Under the pieces are notes generated by a model. It saw only the letters and a program-made list of their open reading frames with translations, was not told the DNA's origin and made no database searches. This document shows positions 35,992-49,082 of a stretch of DNA of 64,000 nt, in pieces; within the stretch, counting starts at the first letter, position 1; every line of letters begins with the position of its first letter. This stretch comes from Malacoraja senta (lineage: Eukaryota), in assembly GCA_038087875.1 (NCBI GenBank), contig CM075982.1:60512001-60576000 (forward strand), given 5' to 3'. The position numbers were made by a program, and so were the translations under genes.

Positions 35992-38806
35992 ACAAGGCTC
36001 TAACAAATGTATACATGCCTACGTGAAACATTTCAGTATCAATGTTTAAGAGCCATAGATCGCTCTGGTGTTTGTAAAATATTTATTTACACATTGTTTT
36101 GCTGTTAAAAGTCTTATGAGATGTGACACTCACTGCAAGTTAACTTTTGTTCTTTATTTTCGAAAATCATTGACGAGTCCATCGCAGTCTAAAAACTCTG
36201 ATGTAGTTGTGTAAAGCTTGACAGTAAAATCTCATTGCTGCTGTGTTTCATAAAATGTTCTTGATGGTTGCATTTTAGAGTGAATACTGTCTTCACCAGT
36301 CATTCACTCTGGATGTCTATGATTCTGGCAAGTGATAAAAGAATGTACCTATTACATGGCAGACATTTTTTGCATTTTTAATTAAGAAAATTGTAACTCA
36401 TAGCATTGCAAGCATGTAATAAGGTTGAAATCGTGTCGGGTTAAATTAAATCCAGCTTTCCTCAATATAAGTGCATCGTGCATCAAATTTAATCCACAAA
36501 GATAACATGTTCATTCCTGATATGTGTTTCTTTTCTTTCAAGTTGTCTTCTCTGATGCATGTGAACTGTTTGAGTCAAGTGCAAGCATATTTCTATTTGT
36601 GAATGCAGGCAAAAGTGGCAGCTTGTAAATGCTGTTAAGTTAATTTGATGCGCATCAAAATAAAGTTGACTCCAGTTTGAAATTGACTTGTGTCGTGCGT
36701 ATAAATGTGGTACATGTCATTGCGTGTTTTTGTTTACCAGACTGCCATTTTGTTGGAGTACTCCAGGAGTAAAATCAAATTAGTCTCGTCTGAATCCAGG
36801 GTTTTGATTGTTCAGTGATTAGGGCACTCTATTTTAAAGGCCTTTCTTCAACCAATTTAAACAAAGAGTTGAAATATTAACAAACAAAACTTAAGCATGC
36901 ACAGACCAGGAAGGGAAACATTCCCAGAATTTAAATATTTCTCAAAAAAATCAAATGAATATAATCTTCAGAACAAACTCATTCTCATTAATTCTTTGTT
37001 TGTTTCAAGTTATTTTAACCAATTTTTTTAAAAGGGATTTATCTTGATTCCTTGAATGATAAGACTGTACATGGCAGTTTGTTGAAAAGAGCCTTGGGTT
37101 AGATTGAGTAATGAAGATATGTGGATAACTAAATGCTGTGGAGTTTCAATAGCCTAAGCGGATAGGGGAGCAAGTTGCACAGGAGTAGACAAATGGGGTA
37201 GACTGTGTAAATGTCCTCGAGTCAGGATTTAATGGTGAAAATGCATGGGAGTGGAAAAACATCACAGTGTCTTGATTGTTTTATTCTTTACTCAGTTAAA
37301 TGAATGGAAAACTCATCTAGTATTGACTATGTTATAACCAATCTTTGCAAGGAACAGGCTTCTTGGGTCAAAATATTTGTGCTCACTGACTTTTACAATG
37401 CTTTTCAAATTATGGATGGGAAAATAGTTTTACCAAGTTGTTATCAAAAAGGGCATGGTTTATAGTTAGACTATCTTAAGGGGTGCCCTTACACAGGTCA
37501 TATTGCTCCCAATAAGGACTCGGGTGGAATTTCTCTAGATTTTGTTTTTGTTGCATGACCCACTTTGAGGAGACCTTCTGCTCATAATTCTGCATTGGAA
37601 TTCATTCCTGATTCTACCTATTAAAGTCCAGCATTTACTAAGCCAGACTTTTCCAATCTTGTATACAAGTAGTGCAATCAATACTATTTAAATACGTTAT
37701 TACACGATTTCATATAGGGAATAGCTGAAGTTTCTTACATATCTTTAAAATGAGTGGTATGATTTTTGTAGTCACCATGCATCATCACCTTGTAAACCTT
37801 TTGAATATATGCATTATGGCTACACATACTAGAGCAATCCTATGTCAATTACACTATTTAAAAGGACATTATGTATTAAGTGAATCATCTTGTGAGATAT
37901 TTATCAAAACTGCACATAATATGATTGACATGATGATGCACAGTGTAATGTATGTGCTCTGCAGGGATATGGGGAAAGAACATAGGAATGGGATTAGACA
38001 GCTACAGCTGAAGAACTGGAATTGGCACAGGCACAAAGAGGCACCATCTGTGCTGCGTTTTCTGCGATGAATCTTAAGGCCTGGTTCTGCAACAAGATGG
38101 CCCTGATGTAGAGCGGAAGAAGCATAGGTACTTGGCCAAGATTGCCCGATGGTAAAGTCGTTTCGAGGTAGAAATGTAACAGCACAAGTGGGCTATTGTG
38201 CCTCTCAATCTATTCTATCATTTAGTGATATCACCGCAGTTCTATGAGCTAATTCCACAAGCTCACCTTGTCCTTATTTTCGTAAGAAAATTTACGAGGA
38301 GTATGTTAATGTCATTGGTTTTCAAAGATTTATGAATCTTGGATGTATAATTAACAGCTGATTTAACATCAATTATAAAATAAAAATGGAAAATCTGGAA
38401 CTACTCAGTAGGTCAGGCCATTATCTGTGGGGAGAGAAACAGAATTGAAGACCCTTCGTCTAAAAAAGATCTTCCATTATTTTTTGTTTTTCAATTTAGA
38501 TTTTCATTATCATCAATTATCATTTCAATTATCATCAATTATCCTAATCTTGCAACTGTTTGTATGTAGAGGTCTTTTATGTCTATGTTCCCTAAAGAAC
38601 GGGTTTTAATTGTTAGATCATGAACTTAGCCCTTGTTTTTCCAACCATTGGAAATATTTTGTTCTCTTTTATCCTCTGTTTTATATATATTTTGAAAGGT
38701 TTAATCAAATCAACCCATAACGTTCATAGTTGCAGAGAATACAATCCTCATTTTTGTAATCTTCTCTTGCTACTGAATCCTAGTTTTAGTCTCCCCCTTC
38801 CCACTT

Positions 38807-39041
38807 GGGCCTGTCCCAATTGGCGATTTTTTTCGGCGTCATATCAGTGTCGCCAAAAGATTTTGAACATTTCAAAATCCAGCGGTGACAAAAAAATGTT
38901 GCGACACTTGAAAAAACACCGCATGTCATACGTCATCACGCCGCGTCACCGCTGCATCATGCCGCAAATTTTTCGGTGACCTTATACGTCAGTCAATGAT
39001 GCTGGCAGTCGCAGAAAAAATCGGCAGGTGGGACAGGCCCT
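38807..39041. mobile_element. PIF/Harbinger-type MITE (second subfamily), inside an old CR1 remnant
   Basis: gggcctgtcccaattggcgattttttcggcg...gcagaaaaaatcggcaggtgggacaggccct followed by TAA; left TSD not preserved. Confidence 0.82.
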
Positions 39042-40484
39042 TAAGAGTTGCCATTATTCTGGTAAATCTAACTCTGGTGTCCTGAACTATTTGCTGAACT
39101 CTTAATGTGGTCCATGGAATCTTATCCACAGTTACAAACTTATCCCATTTCAATTTAGCCCTCTGCAAGGCCAGAAAATGAAGGTTTAGGTGTGAAAGTA
39201 CGACTAATTATATCTTAATCAACCAACAAACAGATTTTTGCCATTTTCTGTCCTGGTATCCAAAGCAAGAAATGTTGCATTAAACATAATCTGCTCCTGC
39301 TCAAGAATGGTCATGACTCTAACCCGTTGGGCATTGTCCATACTTTTTAATCTGACAAATTGTGAGGGTGAGTCCCAGAGTAGGTCACTGCATCAAAATG
39401 TCACCTGTCCTAATTACAAACCAATGCTAATGCTCTAAATCTTGCTGCTTAGGTTTATTGTTCAGGCTGATTTTGGTATCTGCATGGTGACTTTATTAGT
39501 GTTCCTTGTCGATGAAATACAAGATCGTATCCAGTGAAGTTGATTTTGATTATATTAGTGCAGTAAGGGTGGGAACCTGCAAAGAGATTATACAAGCTTC
39601 AGGTAAATAACATCCTCCAGAGGCCTTTGTTGGTTTAGTTCCTGAGGGAATCGAGGTATTCAGGTGACATAGCCCTGTGATGTGCTGAGTTCTGCATCAT
39701 TCCTGCCCAATCTGAACTTTAATTTTTCCTTTGCACTGTGTTGCCTCGCATGCTCTTCCCTGTGCTGCAGTAAAGGTGATATTGTCATTTGACACTAATA
39801 CACGTAGGGACTGGTAGCATAGAGGGAAATTGCTGGTCACCCTGCCAGAAAGTTGTAATTCACCTCATTATCTTACGTGATAACTCATTGCAAAAACCTT
39901 TCTGACTATAAATTATTTTTATTTGTGCAGACCATATGGCTGTTGCTGGCAAGATCTCCATTTGTGGGTTGTTGTTATTTGCCTTTGAGTAAGTGGTAAT
40001 GACTTGTCTTTTTGAATCGTTGCACTCCTTATAATGAAGTTAGCCCAGTAGGGTTGATAGGTAAGGATTAATCTGACCTTTTTGCAATGACAACAAAGGT
40101 ACGTAGACATATTTCCACATTGAGATTGAGAATGGGATGGAAAACTGTTCATTTTGATCTCCGATAGTTATGTGTTAGGAGACGACTCTGAAGATATCAG
40201 TAAGTTGCTGCAGCATCTTCTTGTGGGTGATGTTCTCCCCTCAATTCCCATTGACTTTATTTGTACCAGTCCTTGCTGCATGATTCCTTCACCAGTGATA
40301 CACCATGAACGCTATACTTGGTCAAACAGTACCCCGTCTATCTACAGCAGCCACCCTCATCTCACTTCCCAATGTAACTTTTTTTTAACCCAGTCCTTTG
40401 GCAGACACAAAATCATGCTCTATCATTCATTTGATTGACTCAAAGCTGTACTTGGGTCAGAATCAGAGAGTCATGAAGATATGT

Positions 40485-40950
40485 AACATGAAAAATGACC
40501 CTTCAGATCATTAAGTCCACATGACTATCAACTATCCATTTACAATAATCTTGCATTATTCCCATTTTTTTAATTCTCCCCAAAATATTGTTGACTCTCT
40601 CCACCCCCACCGCCCCCTAATTCTTGCATTGACTTATACACCTATTCACAGCAGCTAAATAACCTAACGACATGCATGACTTTGGGATGTGGGAAGAAAC
40701 TGGAGAATCCTGGGGAAACCCATACGGTCTGCACACAGAGAGCAACTGAAGTCAGTAGTTGTTTAAGAAAGAACTGCAGATGCTGGTAAATCGAAGGTAG
40801 ATACAAAGTGCTGGACCTATTCCTTCTCTCCATAGATGCTGCCTCACCCGCTGAGTTACTCCAGCATTTTGTGTCTACCTTTGAAGTCAGGAGTTAACGT
40901 GGTTCTCTGGTGCTTTTAGGAAGTGGCTCTACGAACCCTGCCTAGTGTGT
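40485..40950 (-). mobile_element. Older V-SINE interrupted by a Penelope-derived insert
   Basis: ctttgggatgtgggaagaaactggagaatcctggggaaaccca (reverse V-domain). Confidence 0.7.
40756..40881. mobile_element. Palindromic Penelope-derived element lacking the hammerhead core
   Basis: 9-bp TSD tgaagtcag at 40747-40755 and 40882-40890; forward arm starts at acctattcc (40815). Confidence 0.85.
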
Positions 40951-41816
40951 TGTCCCAGAGTTCAGAGCTGAACTTTGCTAATAAAAGTAAATGGATACCA
41001 ACAATATATTCTTCATGTGTCAGGTGTCAGGTGTCATCATTACGAACAATGCCTTTCATCACTGCTTTTGAGTGAGAATATTTTGATGGCCAGTAATTAG
41101 CCAAATTGGTTTTGCTGGCTTTTGGGAGACAAGGTACATACATTTGGACATTTTGTGCAGTAAGTTGTGAAAAGTGCTCTCTCCAGTTGAGGATGATGTG
41201 GGTTCTCAGAACTGGTAAGGCACTGATATAAGGATTGATGAGGGATAGTCAAGTGACATCTCAAGGAATGCATTGATTGTTGTAGGTTATTGCAAAAGCT
41301 TCATAAAACCTTGTCACAGTATATTTTATGTATACTGTGACACATCCTTGTTATATTGCAGCCAGTAAAATATCTATTAGTATTTGTGGATGGAGGAACA
41401 GATTTGGGAGAGTGTTTAGTTTAAAGTTGTCGTGACTTTGGAATTGATGGTTACCTAGTCCTTTAGCAGTCAACAATTCACGCTATATCATTCATTTCAT
41501 TAGATTGGTCTTAATTGACTTGCAGTGTAAGTTTACAAGTATATAACAAATAAAGACATCTAATATTCCAAATAAAAATTGCTGGGTTGTGGTTTCAAAA
41601 TGGCCCCTACGGTCTTGGGTGGGGAGAGAATGCAGGGAGTGCACTTGCTATTTTGTTCTTGTTGATCTTGCTTGTTTTTCACTTTTGATAGCTAACTGGT
41701 ACATACATACAGCTGAAAGCACATATGAATTATTGTGTGACTAGATTTAGGGTTGAGAGTAAAAGTTGACAAATCACTCCAATTTTTTAATGCGACAAAG
41801 GACCCCATCTACATTG

Positions 41817-42143
41817 TTACATAGAAAATAGGTGCAGGAGGAGGCCATTCGGCCCTTCGAGCCAGCACCGCCATTCATTGTGATCATGGCTGATCGTCCC
41901 CAATCAATAACCCGTGCCTGCCTTCTCCCCATATCCCTTGATTCCACTAGCCCCTAGAGCTCTATCTAACTCTCTCTTAAATCCATCCAGCGACTTGGCC
42001 TCCACTGCCCTCTGTGGCAGGGAATTCCACAAATTCACAACTCTCTGGGTGAAAATGTTTTTTCTCACCTCAGTCTTAAATGGCTTCCCCTTTGTTCTAA
42101 GACTGTGGCCCCTGGTTCTGGACTCACCCAACATTGGGAACAT
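41817..42143 (-). mobile_element. Young CR1 3' fragment
   Basis: ORF 41904-42143 (GESRTRGHSL...FTQRVVNLWNSLPQ...GYGEKAGTGY). Confidence 0.95.
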
Positions 42144-42965
42144 TGTTCAATGCAACAGTACAAGAAAGTGTGTGATGGAGAGAAAGGGGAGACTAGCACT
42201 AGCTACACTAGAAAGAAAAAAACTAGCTACAAACACACTTTAGAGTGTTCATCTCAACTTGTTAACTGCATAGTACTTGTGGTCATCTTCTTGGTCAAGT
42301 GCAAGAATCTTCAGTTAAATTAGACATTGCAAAGTATCCAAAATGATATTGGTACACCTTCAGTCATGTTTTGGCATTCTTATCTGTGGTTGAAAGGATG
42401 ATCAAACAGTTGGAGGGAGTTATTAAGAGTTTTTTTAAGAAATCCATTTTAGTTTTAAATATTTTTGTTAGAACTGATAGGTTCTGCTAACATCAACTGT
42501 CCAGACAATCTGCAAAGATTAACTAAATCCAACAGTAAGTAAAGAGACGAACATATATAGAAATGAAATGACACACTTGCATAAACACCTCAGGTTTATT
42601 GCTATATATCTCTCCTGATATTAATCCAGTTGTGACATGCTGTCAAATTCAGTAACTCTTCCAGATCACTATTCTCTTAGTGGTGTCATCAGGTTGTCCA
42701 GCAGTGGACTTTTGAAAAAAAAAGCAGAAATTATAGTTTGGTGATATCCAACACTGATATCTTAATTTGCTTTGATACTATAAATATTGTTGTAATTGTT
42801 AATAGAATATTGAAAGTTTTCCACAATGTGGGGTAGATAACTCTTGGATTCTATCAAGCCGTATCTTAATCAAAGTGTGAGAAAATGATTAATTCTGTTA
42901 GTTTTCACTATCACACTGTGGAGTGTTGTATTGTAGCGGCTGAACAACCAAGCAATTAAGCAGCA

Positions 42966-43312
42966 ATCAAAACCAAACTGCTGGAGGAACTCAGCAGGTC
43001 AGGCAGCATCTGTGGTGAGATATGGATAGTCGATGTTTCCTGTCAGGATTCTTCTTCAAATTGTTTAAGGAGGAACTGCAGATGTTGGTTAAACCAACAT
43101 AAAATGCTGGAGTAACTCAGCGGGTCAGGCAGCATCTCTGGAGAAAAGGAATAGGTTTACTCCAGCTTGCCTTCAGACGATGAAATCTGTCTAAACCCAA
43201 AATGTCGTCCGTCCAGTCCCCCCCACAGAGGGGGCATGTTGCCTGACCTACTGAGTTCCTACAGCAGTTTGTGTTTTTCTCAAAATTCTAGTATCTGTAT
43301 CTCTTCTGTCTC
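42966..43312. mobile_element. Older Penelope-derived palindrome with a younger relative (~43063-43170) nested at its centre
   Basis: Outer arms aaactgctggaggaactcagcaggtcaggc / gcctgacctactgagttcctacagcagttt; flanking repeat caa(t/c)taa(g/a)cagca at 42953-42965 and 43313-43325. Confidence 0.75.
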
Positions 43313-43486
43313 CAACTAAACAGCATAATGTTTCATAGAAAGGACAATTAGGCTAATTTTTTGGATAATTGGATTAAGAAAGGATTTCCTTGCTGGCGAG
43401 AAACAAACAACGTAAAAAAAAAAATTTAAGTTTGTCAAATCATAAAGGGAATCAATGAAAATTCTGTGAGGAATATTCTTTACAGT

Positions 43487-43820
43487 TTTAGTTTAGTTTA
43501 TTGTCATGTGTACTGAGGTACTGCAAAAAGCTTTTGTTGCGTGCTAACCAGTCAGCAGAAAGACTATACATTACTACAATCGAGCCATCCACAGTGTACA
43601 GATACATGATAACGGGAATAGTGCAAGATTATGTCCAGTAAAGTCCAGTAAAGGTAGTCCAAGGGTCTCCAGTGAGGTAGATGGTAGCTCAAGACCTTTC
43701 TCGAGTTGTTGATAGGATGGTTCAGTTGCCTGATATCAGCTGGGAAGAAACTCTCTCTGAATCTGGAGGTGTGCATTTATCACTTCTGTACCTCTTGCCT
43801 GAAGGGAGAGGGGAGGAGGA
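43487..43820 (-). mobile_element. Rex1/Babar-like LINE 3' end
   Basis: Minus-strand peptide GKRYRS...HTSRFRESFFPADIRQLN (Rex1 C-terminus style); tail acacatgacaataaa(ctaaa)n. Confidence 0.8.
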
Positions 43821-46174
43821 TTTGGAACAGGACTGAGAACTTCAGAGGTGTTTTTCTTACATCCTTGGCTCATTAGTACCTCACTGGATATGTTGATGCT
43901 TGCCAAGAGCATCTCATTAGGTAATTAGGCCTATTGTCGCCTTGCATGAATATGTCCATATACAGAGCATTCTACCTCCAGGTTCACTGGAGAGATATAA
44001 ATGATCTTATTGCAGTATCCAACAATGTGAGACATACAAGTTTAGTAAAAGACAAAATTGATCAGATTCAGTTCTGAAATGTTAAACTCAGAGGTCACAT
44101 CAAGTCTCAAACTATAAACTCATGTCAGTTAATTAACACTGAAATATAATATCTGATCATCTCTCCATGATTGAAAAACATATACAATCATTTAATTTTG
44201 ATATTTATGGTATGTCTTCCAAGTAATGTGTTCAACAAGCAGCAATTAAGAATGAAATGTCAATTCATTGCAAAATTCAAACTGTCAAAAAATCCAACCT
44301 CGTCCATATTGTCATAAAATAGGCTGCCAGAGTTAGAAATTATTCAACTCTACTTGCAGTATAATCTATGCCTCCCAGGAACTCGCGAGTCTGCTTTACC
44401 TCGACTATAGGGACATGCATTATCCAGCCTTTGTAAATCAGGGCATTCCTGAAAACCAGATGTCCATTCCCTGTAGACACCCGCACGGCTTTTTTTTTCT
44501 GACAGTTCAGTTCAGATGATGGTTCGTTTCGTCTTAACTGAATTCCACAACACAACAGTTGTCATATTTGATTTGTCATATTCAATTAAGTTTATTTGTA
44601 ATACCCTGAACAGTTTGACAGGCTCAAATAAGCAGAAGAGAATGATGCACAAGTTTCCATTTTAAAAATTTAGACTATATTGGCCAACAAAAAGGGTACT
44701 ACCTTTTTTGAGTGTATCATCTGGATAAAATAACATTTGACAGCGCGCAGATGTCACTCGAAGTTTTAGTACATGAAATAACTGCTTCTGCATACAAGGA
44801 AGAATAGGAGCTACCAGAGGAGTGCATTTTACACCGTCAGTGGTATGGCTACAGTTTAAGTGTTACAGACCTTTGACACAATATTTTCCCAGACCAGGTA
44901 AAATGTCCAAGACAGTAGAGTCACAATGTTGCCTGTATAGGAGGTAATGAGATCATTAAGATAGCTGAAAATGCCTTTTTGCCAAGTGCAAGAAGATTTC
45001 ACTGAACGAGCCCCATGGTGAGGAGTCCACTTCAAACTGATGGACAGTCAGGAACCTTCCTGCTGCCTTTTTCTATTGAATGCTTTAGATTACAACCACT
45101 CTTGTTTTGAAAAGGAGGTTTGCATTAGACATTAATTCTGTCATAATATTAGAACATAAATCATTATTGTTACGGTTATTAAATGACAGATGTAATAATC
45201 TCCAGGCTGTCGAGTTTTAACCCGTTGGTGTATTTCAAGAGTAATTCAGCAAAAATGTAGAAAAGGTGACTCTTCAGCATGTTGGACACAATTTTTTGAG
45301 AAGTCAGGGTATGGATACTATATGGTTCTTGTGACATGAAAAATCATCAGAGGAACAACGAGAGGAAATTAAACATAAGGAATATTATAGCAAAATTTAA
45401 TTTTCCAGTGTAATGTTGTTATTCAAGGAGTGTGAATCAATTGGGATTTTATTTCTCTTTTGTATAATTGTTTCCATCTGTTTCCATCTGGTGCCTAATT
45501 TTCATTGATTGACAGGATTTTTGTTAGCTCTAAAATTATGCAACGTCCTTGTGTTTGGTATATAAAAACAAACTAATTGTTTCATAAGTGTGTAGATAAG
45601 TAGGCGGGATACTGATAGACACACTTTAACTAATGATGTGTGAGATTTGGATAGATATCCCAAGATATTCCATCCACTTTTACAGTATTAAAAAATATAT
45701 TTCCTTCTGGAGCAAAACATGGCAATAACCACTCTGAGATCTTTTTATTTCACTCCAGGAGTTTGACTGGACACTTTATGGGATGAGTCACCCTTGCTCT
45801 CTTGACAATCAGAGCATCCATCAATTCCAGAACTCATTTGCCGTGCGGTAATCATTATCTATCATTGCGGAGGAATTTAGACCTAGTTGTCTGATCTTTG
45901 GTCATCACCAGGCCAACCATGCCTGTTCACCACTATGTTGAATTGGGATCGCTGTAAACTCAACCCAACACTTCTCTATTACAATCCCCAGTGTCATAAT
46001 GAACACACCTCAAATGACTCCAGCTTTGTCAGTCCTTTCAAATCCAGGTCCTCAGTGGACTGAGGTGTCTCTGATTTTTACCTACACCCATTCCAACTCA
46101 GTGACCATCTGAAGCCACCGATGAACAAAACCCACCCAACCCAATCTCTTGTCCGAATGCTTTCTGCACTGCAA

Positions 46175-46275
46175 TGCTTACAGTGTGCTATGTTTACATA
46201 TTCTGCTGTGCTGCTGCAAGTAAGAATTTCATTGTTCTATCTGGGACATATGACAATAAAACACTCTTGACTCTC
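46175..46275 (+). mobile_element. Rex1-like 3' tail
   Basis: gtaagaatttcattgttctatctgggacatatgacaataaaacactcttgact; sibling of 51560-51940. Confidence 0.65.
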
Positions 46276-46502
46276 ATCCTTAGCTTTGCAATCCAAGGCC
46301 TTGATACTTGATTTGCTTAAGACCTGAATTAAGGCACCAATTAGTCTAAAATATTTTGTACTCACCCCACATCCTCTGACCCAAGGAACTTATGTTTCCA
46401 GATTCCCTGTTCCCCTGACCATTTTAGAAAACCTAGTTGAGCCTTGGGTCACCCAGCCTCCCACTGATCCTGCATTCAGGCCCAGGCAGCTGATCTGCAT
46501 CC

Positions 46503-46755
46503 TTAGTTTAGTTTAGTTTAGATATACAGTGCGAAAACAGGCCCTTCGGCCCACCGAGTCCGCGCAGACCTGCACACTAACGCTATCCTACACATACTAG
46601 GGACAATTTACAACTATACCAAGCCAATTAACCTACAAACCTGTACGTTTATGGAGTGTGGGAGGAAACTGGAGATCCCGGAGAAAACCCACGCAGGTCA
46701 CGGGTATAACATACAAACTCCATACAGACAAGCAACCGTAGTCAGGATCGAACCC
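46503..46755 (-). mobile_element. HE1-type V-SINE, 5'-truncated
   Basis: 11-bp TSD gatctgcatcc at 46492-46502 and 46756-46766; (tttag)n tail. Confidence 0.92.
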
Positions 46756-47029
46756 GATCTGCATCCGGGAAACATGCAATACTTGTTCACTTTGGCTACA
46801 ACTGTGGTTTGCAGTACAGACTCATGACCAACATGGTGAAAGGAGAGAAGAGAGGTCCCGCCTAAAGAGTTTCAGAGTTAGTCTCTAAATTAAAAGGAAA
46901 AATGTTGAGAGCAACATGTAAAGTGTCAAAGAAGGAGACACTTCAAGGGAATTGACACACGGATAAATATCTGGTGTAGCAAAGAGAGGCTCCTTCCCAT
47001 AAGACCTTGACATCTCTTCTGGGATAGAA

Positions 47030-47330
47030 AGGTGGGCACAGTGGTAGAATTGTTGCCTTACAACGCCAGAGACTTGGTTCGATCCTGACGACAGGTGCCT
47101 GTGTGTACGGAGTTTGTACCTTCTCCCGTAACCTGCGTGGGTTTTCTCTGGGATATCCGGCTTCCTCCCACACTTCAAAGACGTACAGGTTTGTAGGTTA
47201 ATTGGCTTGCTATAATTGAAAATTGTTCTTTGTCAGTGTAGGATAATGTTAGTGTGTGGGGATCGCTGGTTGGCGCGGACTTGGTGGGCTGAAGGGCCCA
47301 TTTCCGTGCTGTATCTCTAAACTAAACTAA
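47030..47330 (+). mobile_element. HE1-type V-SINE, full length
   Basis: A/B boxes (ggttcgatcc), V-domain, tail gtatctctaaactaaactaa. Confidence 0.92.
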
Positions 47331-47339
47331 TTAATTTAT

Positions 47340-47478
47340 CGAGTGGTACATGGATAGGCCAGGTTTAGAGGGACTTTGGCCAAATGCAGGCAGGTGGGAC
47401 GTGTAGATGGGATATGTTGGCCAGCGTGGGCAAACGGGGTTAAAAGGCCTGTTTTCGAGCTGTAAGACTCTATAACTC
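47340..47478 (+). mobile_element. CR1 3' tail fragment
   Basis: ggtacatggatagg...ggccaaatgcaggcaggtgggac...aaggcctgtttt...gactctataactc. Confidence 0.85.
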
Positions 47479-48607
47479 CAAAGCCTTAAGGAGGCCTGCA
47501 AATGCATGCCTTCTGAAGGACCTGGATACCTCTGAACAGCAATTTGTGGATTTCCATGCACAACTTGTTTGTACTGTAGAATTCTCTGTGCTTGTAGATA
47601 GCCTCCCAGTGAGTCGTACTGAAAGTTCCATGCCATAATCTCAAGAATTTGAACTAAGCCAGTTTACACATGAATCTAGGAAAAACACATGAAATGCTAT
47701 GCAATACTTTACTCCAAAAGGACATGGATGCTTAGCCAAAGTTTTTAAAAGGGCAGATATTTATTTATTTGGGAAGGATTGCTAAATTTTTGTAATGTTT
47801 TACTAAAATCTTTTTGAGATCCCAGGGAGTTTTTCACTTATATGTCACGTGGTCGGACAAATAATGAAGCAACGCTTTACATTTTTTTCAGCTTAATGAT
47901 TTAACATGTTTCCCCTCAGTTGATCTTCCTTGACTTTGGACAGCATCAGAATAACGTGTTTTAATGGTCAAGTTAAGTTATTACACATTAAAAGATTAAG
48001 TGACTGGTAACTTTGGAACAACAAAAGGTATGTGGCTATCTCCTGAAGTATGTAGGAAGTAACTAATACTTACAACTCTACGTTCCAATGAGAAAATTCA
48101 TTTTTTTAAATCTGTCAATATCTGAACGGCTCGAATGGCCTCTCTGATTAAAACCAGCTGGGCTGAAAATTAATTTCTAGAAAACAGCTGGGTACAAACA
48201 AATTTAGCTAACTGTTAAATTCAGAAAGAAGCAGCCAATCAAACCTAATCAAACCATTTTTACCAGATGTTTGTATTTGAATTGAAATGCTACAACTATT
48301 GTATAAGATTAAGTGTGTTTCTTGTTAAGAAGCATGGTTTATCCTTTCTAAGTACCAGACCTTTAAAACATCAATAATGTGACAAAAGGGATCACTCACC
48401 ACCCCATTAAAACTTACCTGAATGGACCAGCCTTAACCTTTTTGCTTTCTTTTAGTGTAGAACAGTGGGGCAGTTGCAGCTAATCAGATAATTCCAGTCA
48501 AATCGGTGCTGAGTCTTTGGTGTGGGGCACCAGCAGTGCCCCCTATTAAGAAGCAATGCATCTCTCCCATCCCCCTCACCCCATCATTACTAGATTCAGT
48601 ACTGACT

Positions 48608-49082
48608 TTAGACTTCAGAGATACAGCGTGGAAACAGGCCCTTCGGCCCACCGAGTCCGCGCTGACCAGCGATCACCCCGTTCACTTGCACCATCTAACA
48701 TACTAGAGATTCTATAAATTTTCAATTTATAGAGTCCAATTAACGTACAAACCTGTACGTCTTTGCAGTGTGGGAGGAAACCGGAGCGCCCGGCGCAAAC
48801 ACACGATGCTACAGGGAGAACTTACATACTCTGTATATCTGTACATGCAGTCTGAAGAAGGGTCTCGACCCAAAACGTCACCTATTCCTTTGCTCCATAG
48901 ATGCTGCCTCTCCCGCTGATTTTCTCCAGCATTTTTATCTACCTTTGATTTTTCCGCATCTGCAGTTCCTTCTTAAAAATACTCTGTACAGACAGTGCCC
49001 ATTGTCAAGATTGAATCCAGGTCTCTGGCACTGAAAGGCAGCAACTCTACCGCTATGCCACCCAGTCTGCCACTGTGCCGCC
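48608..49082 (-). mobile_element. HE1-type V-SINE interrupted by a Penelope-derived insert
   Basis: gagatacagcgtggaaacaggcccttcggcccaccgagtcc...ggcagcaactctaccgct...ccactgtgccgcc. Confidence 0.9.
48849..48978 (+). mobile_element. Penelope-derived short element
   Basis: TSD atactctgta at 48826-48835 and 48979-48988; the core GAAA is mutated to AAAA. Confidence 0.88.
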
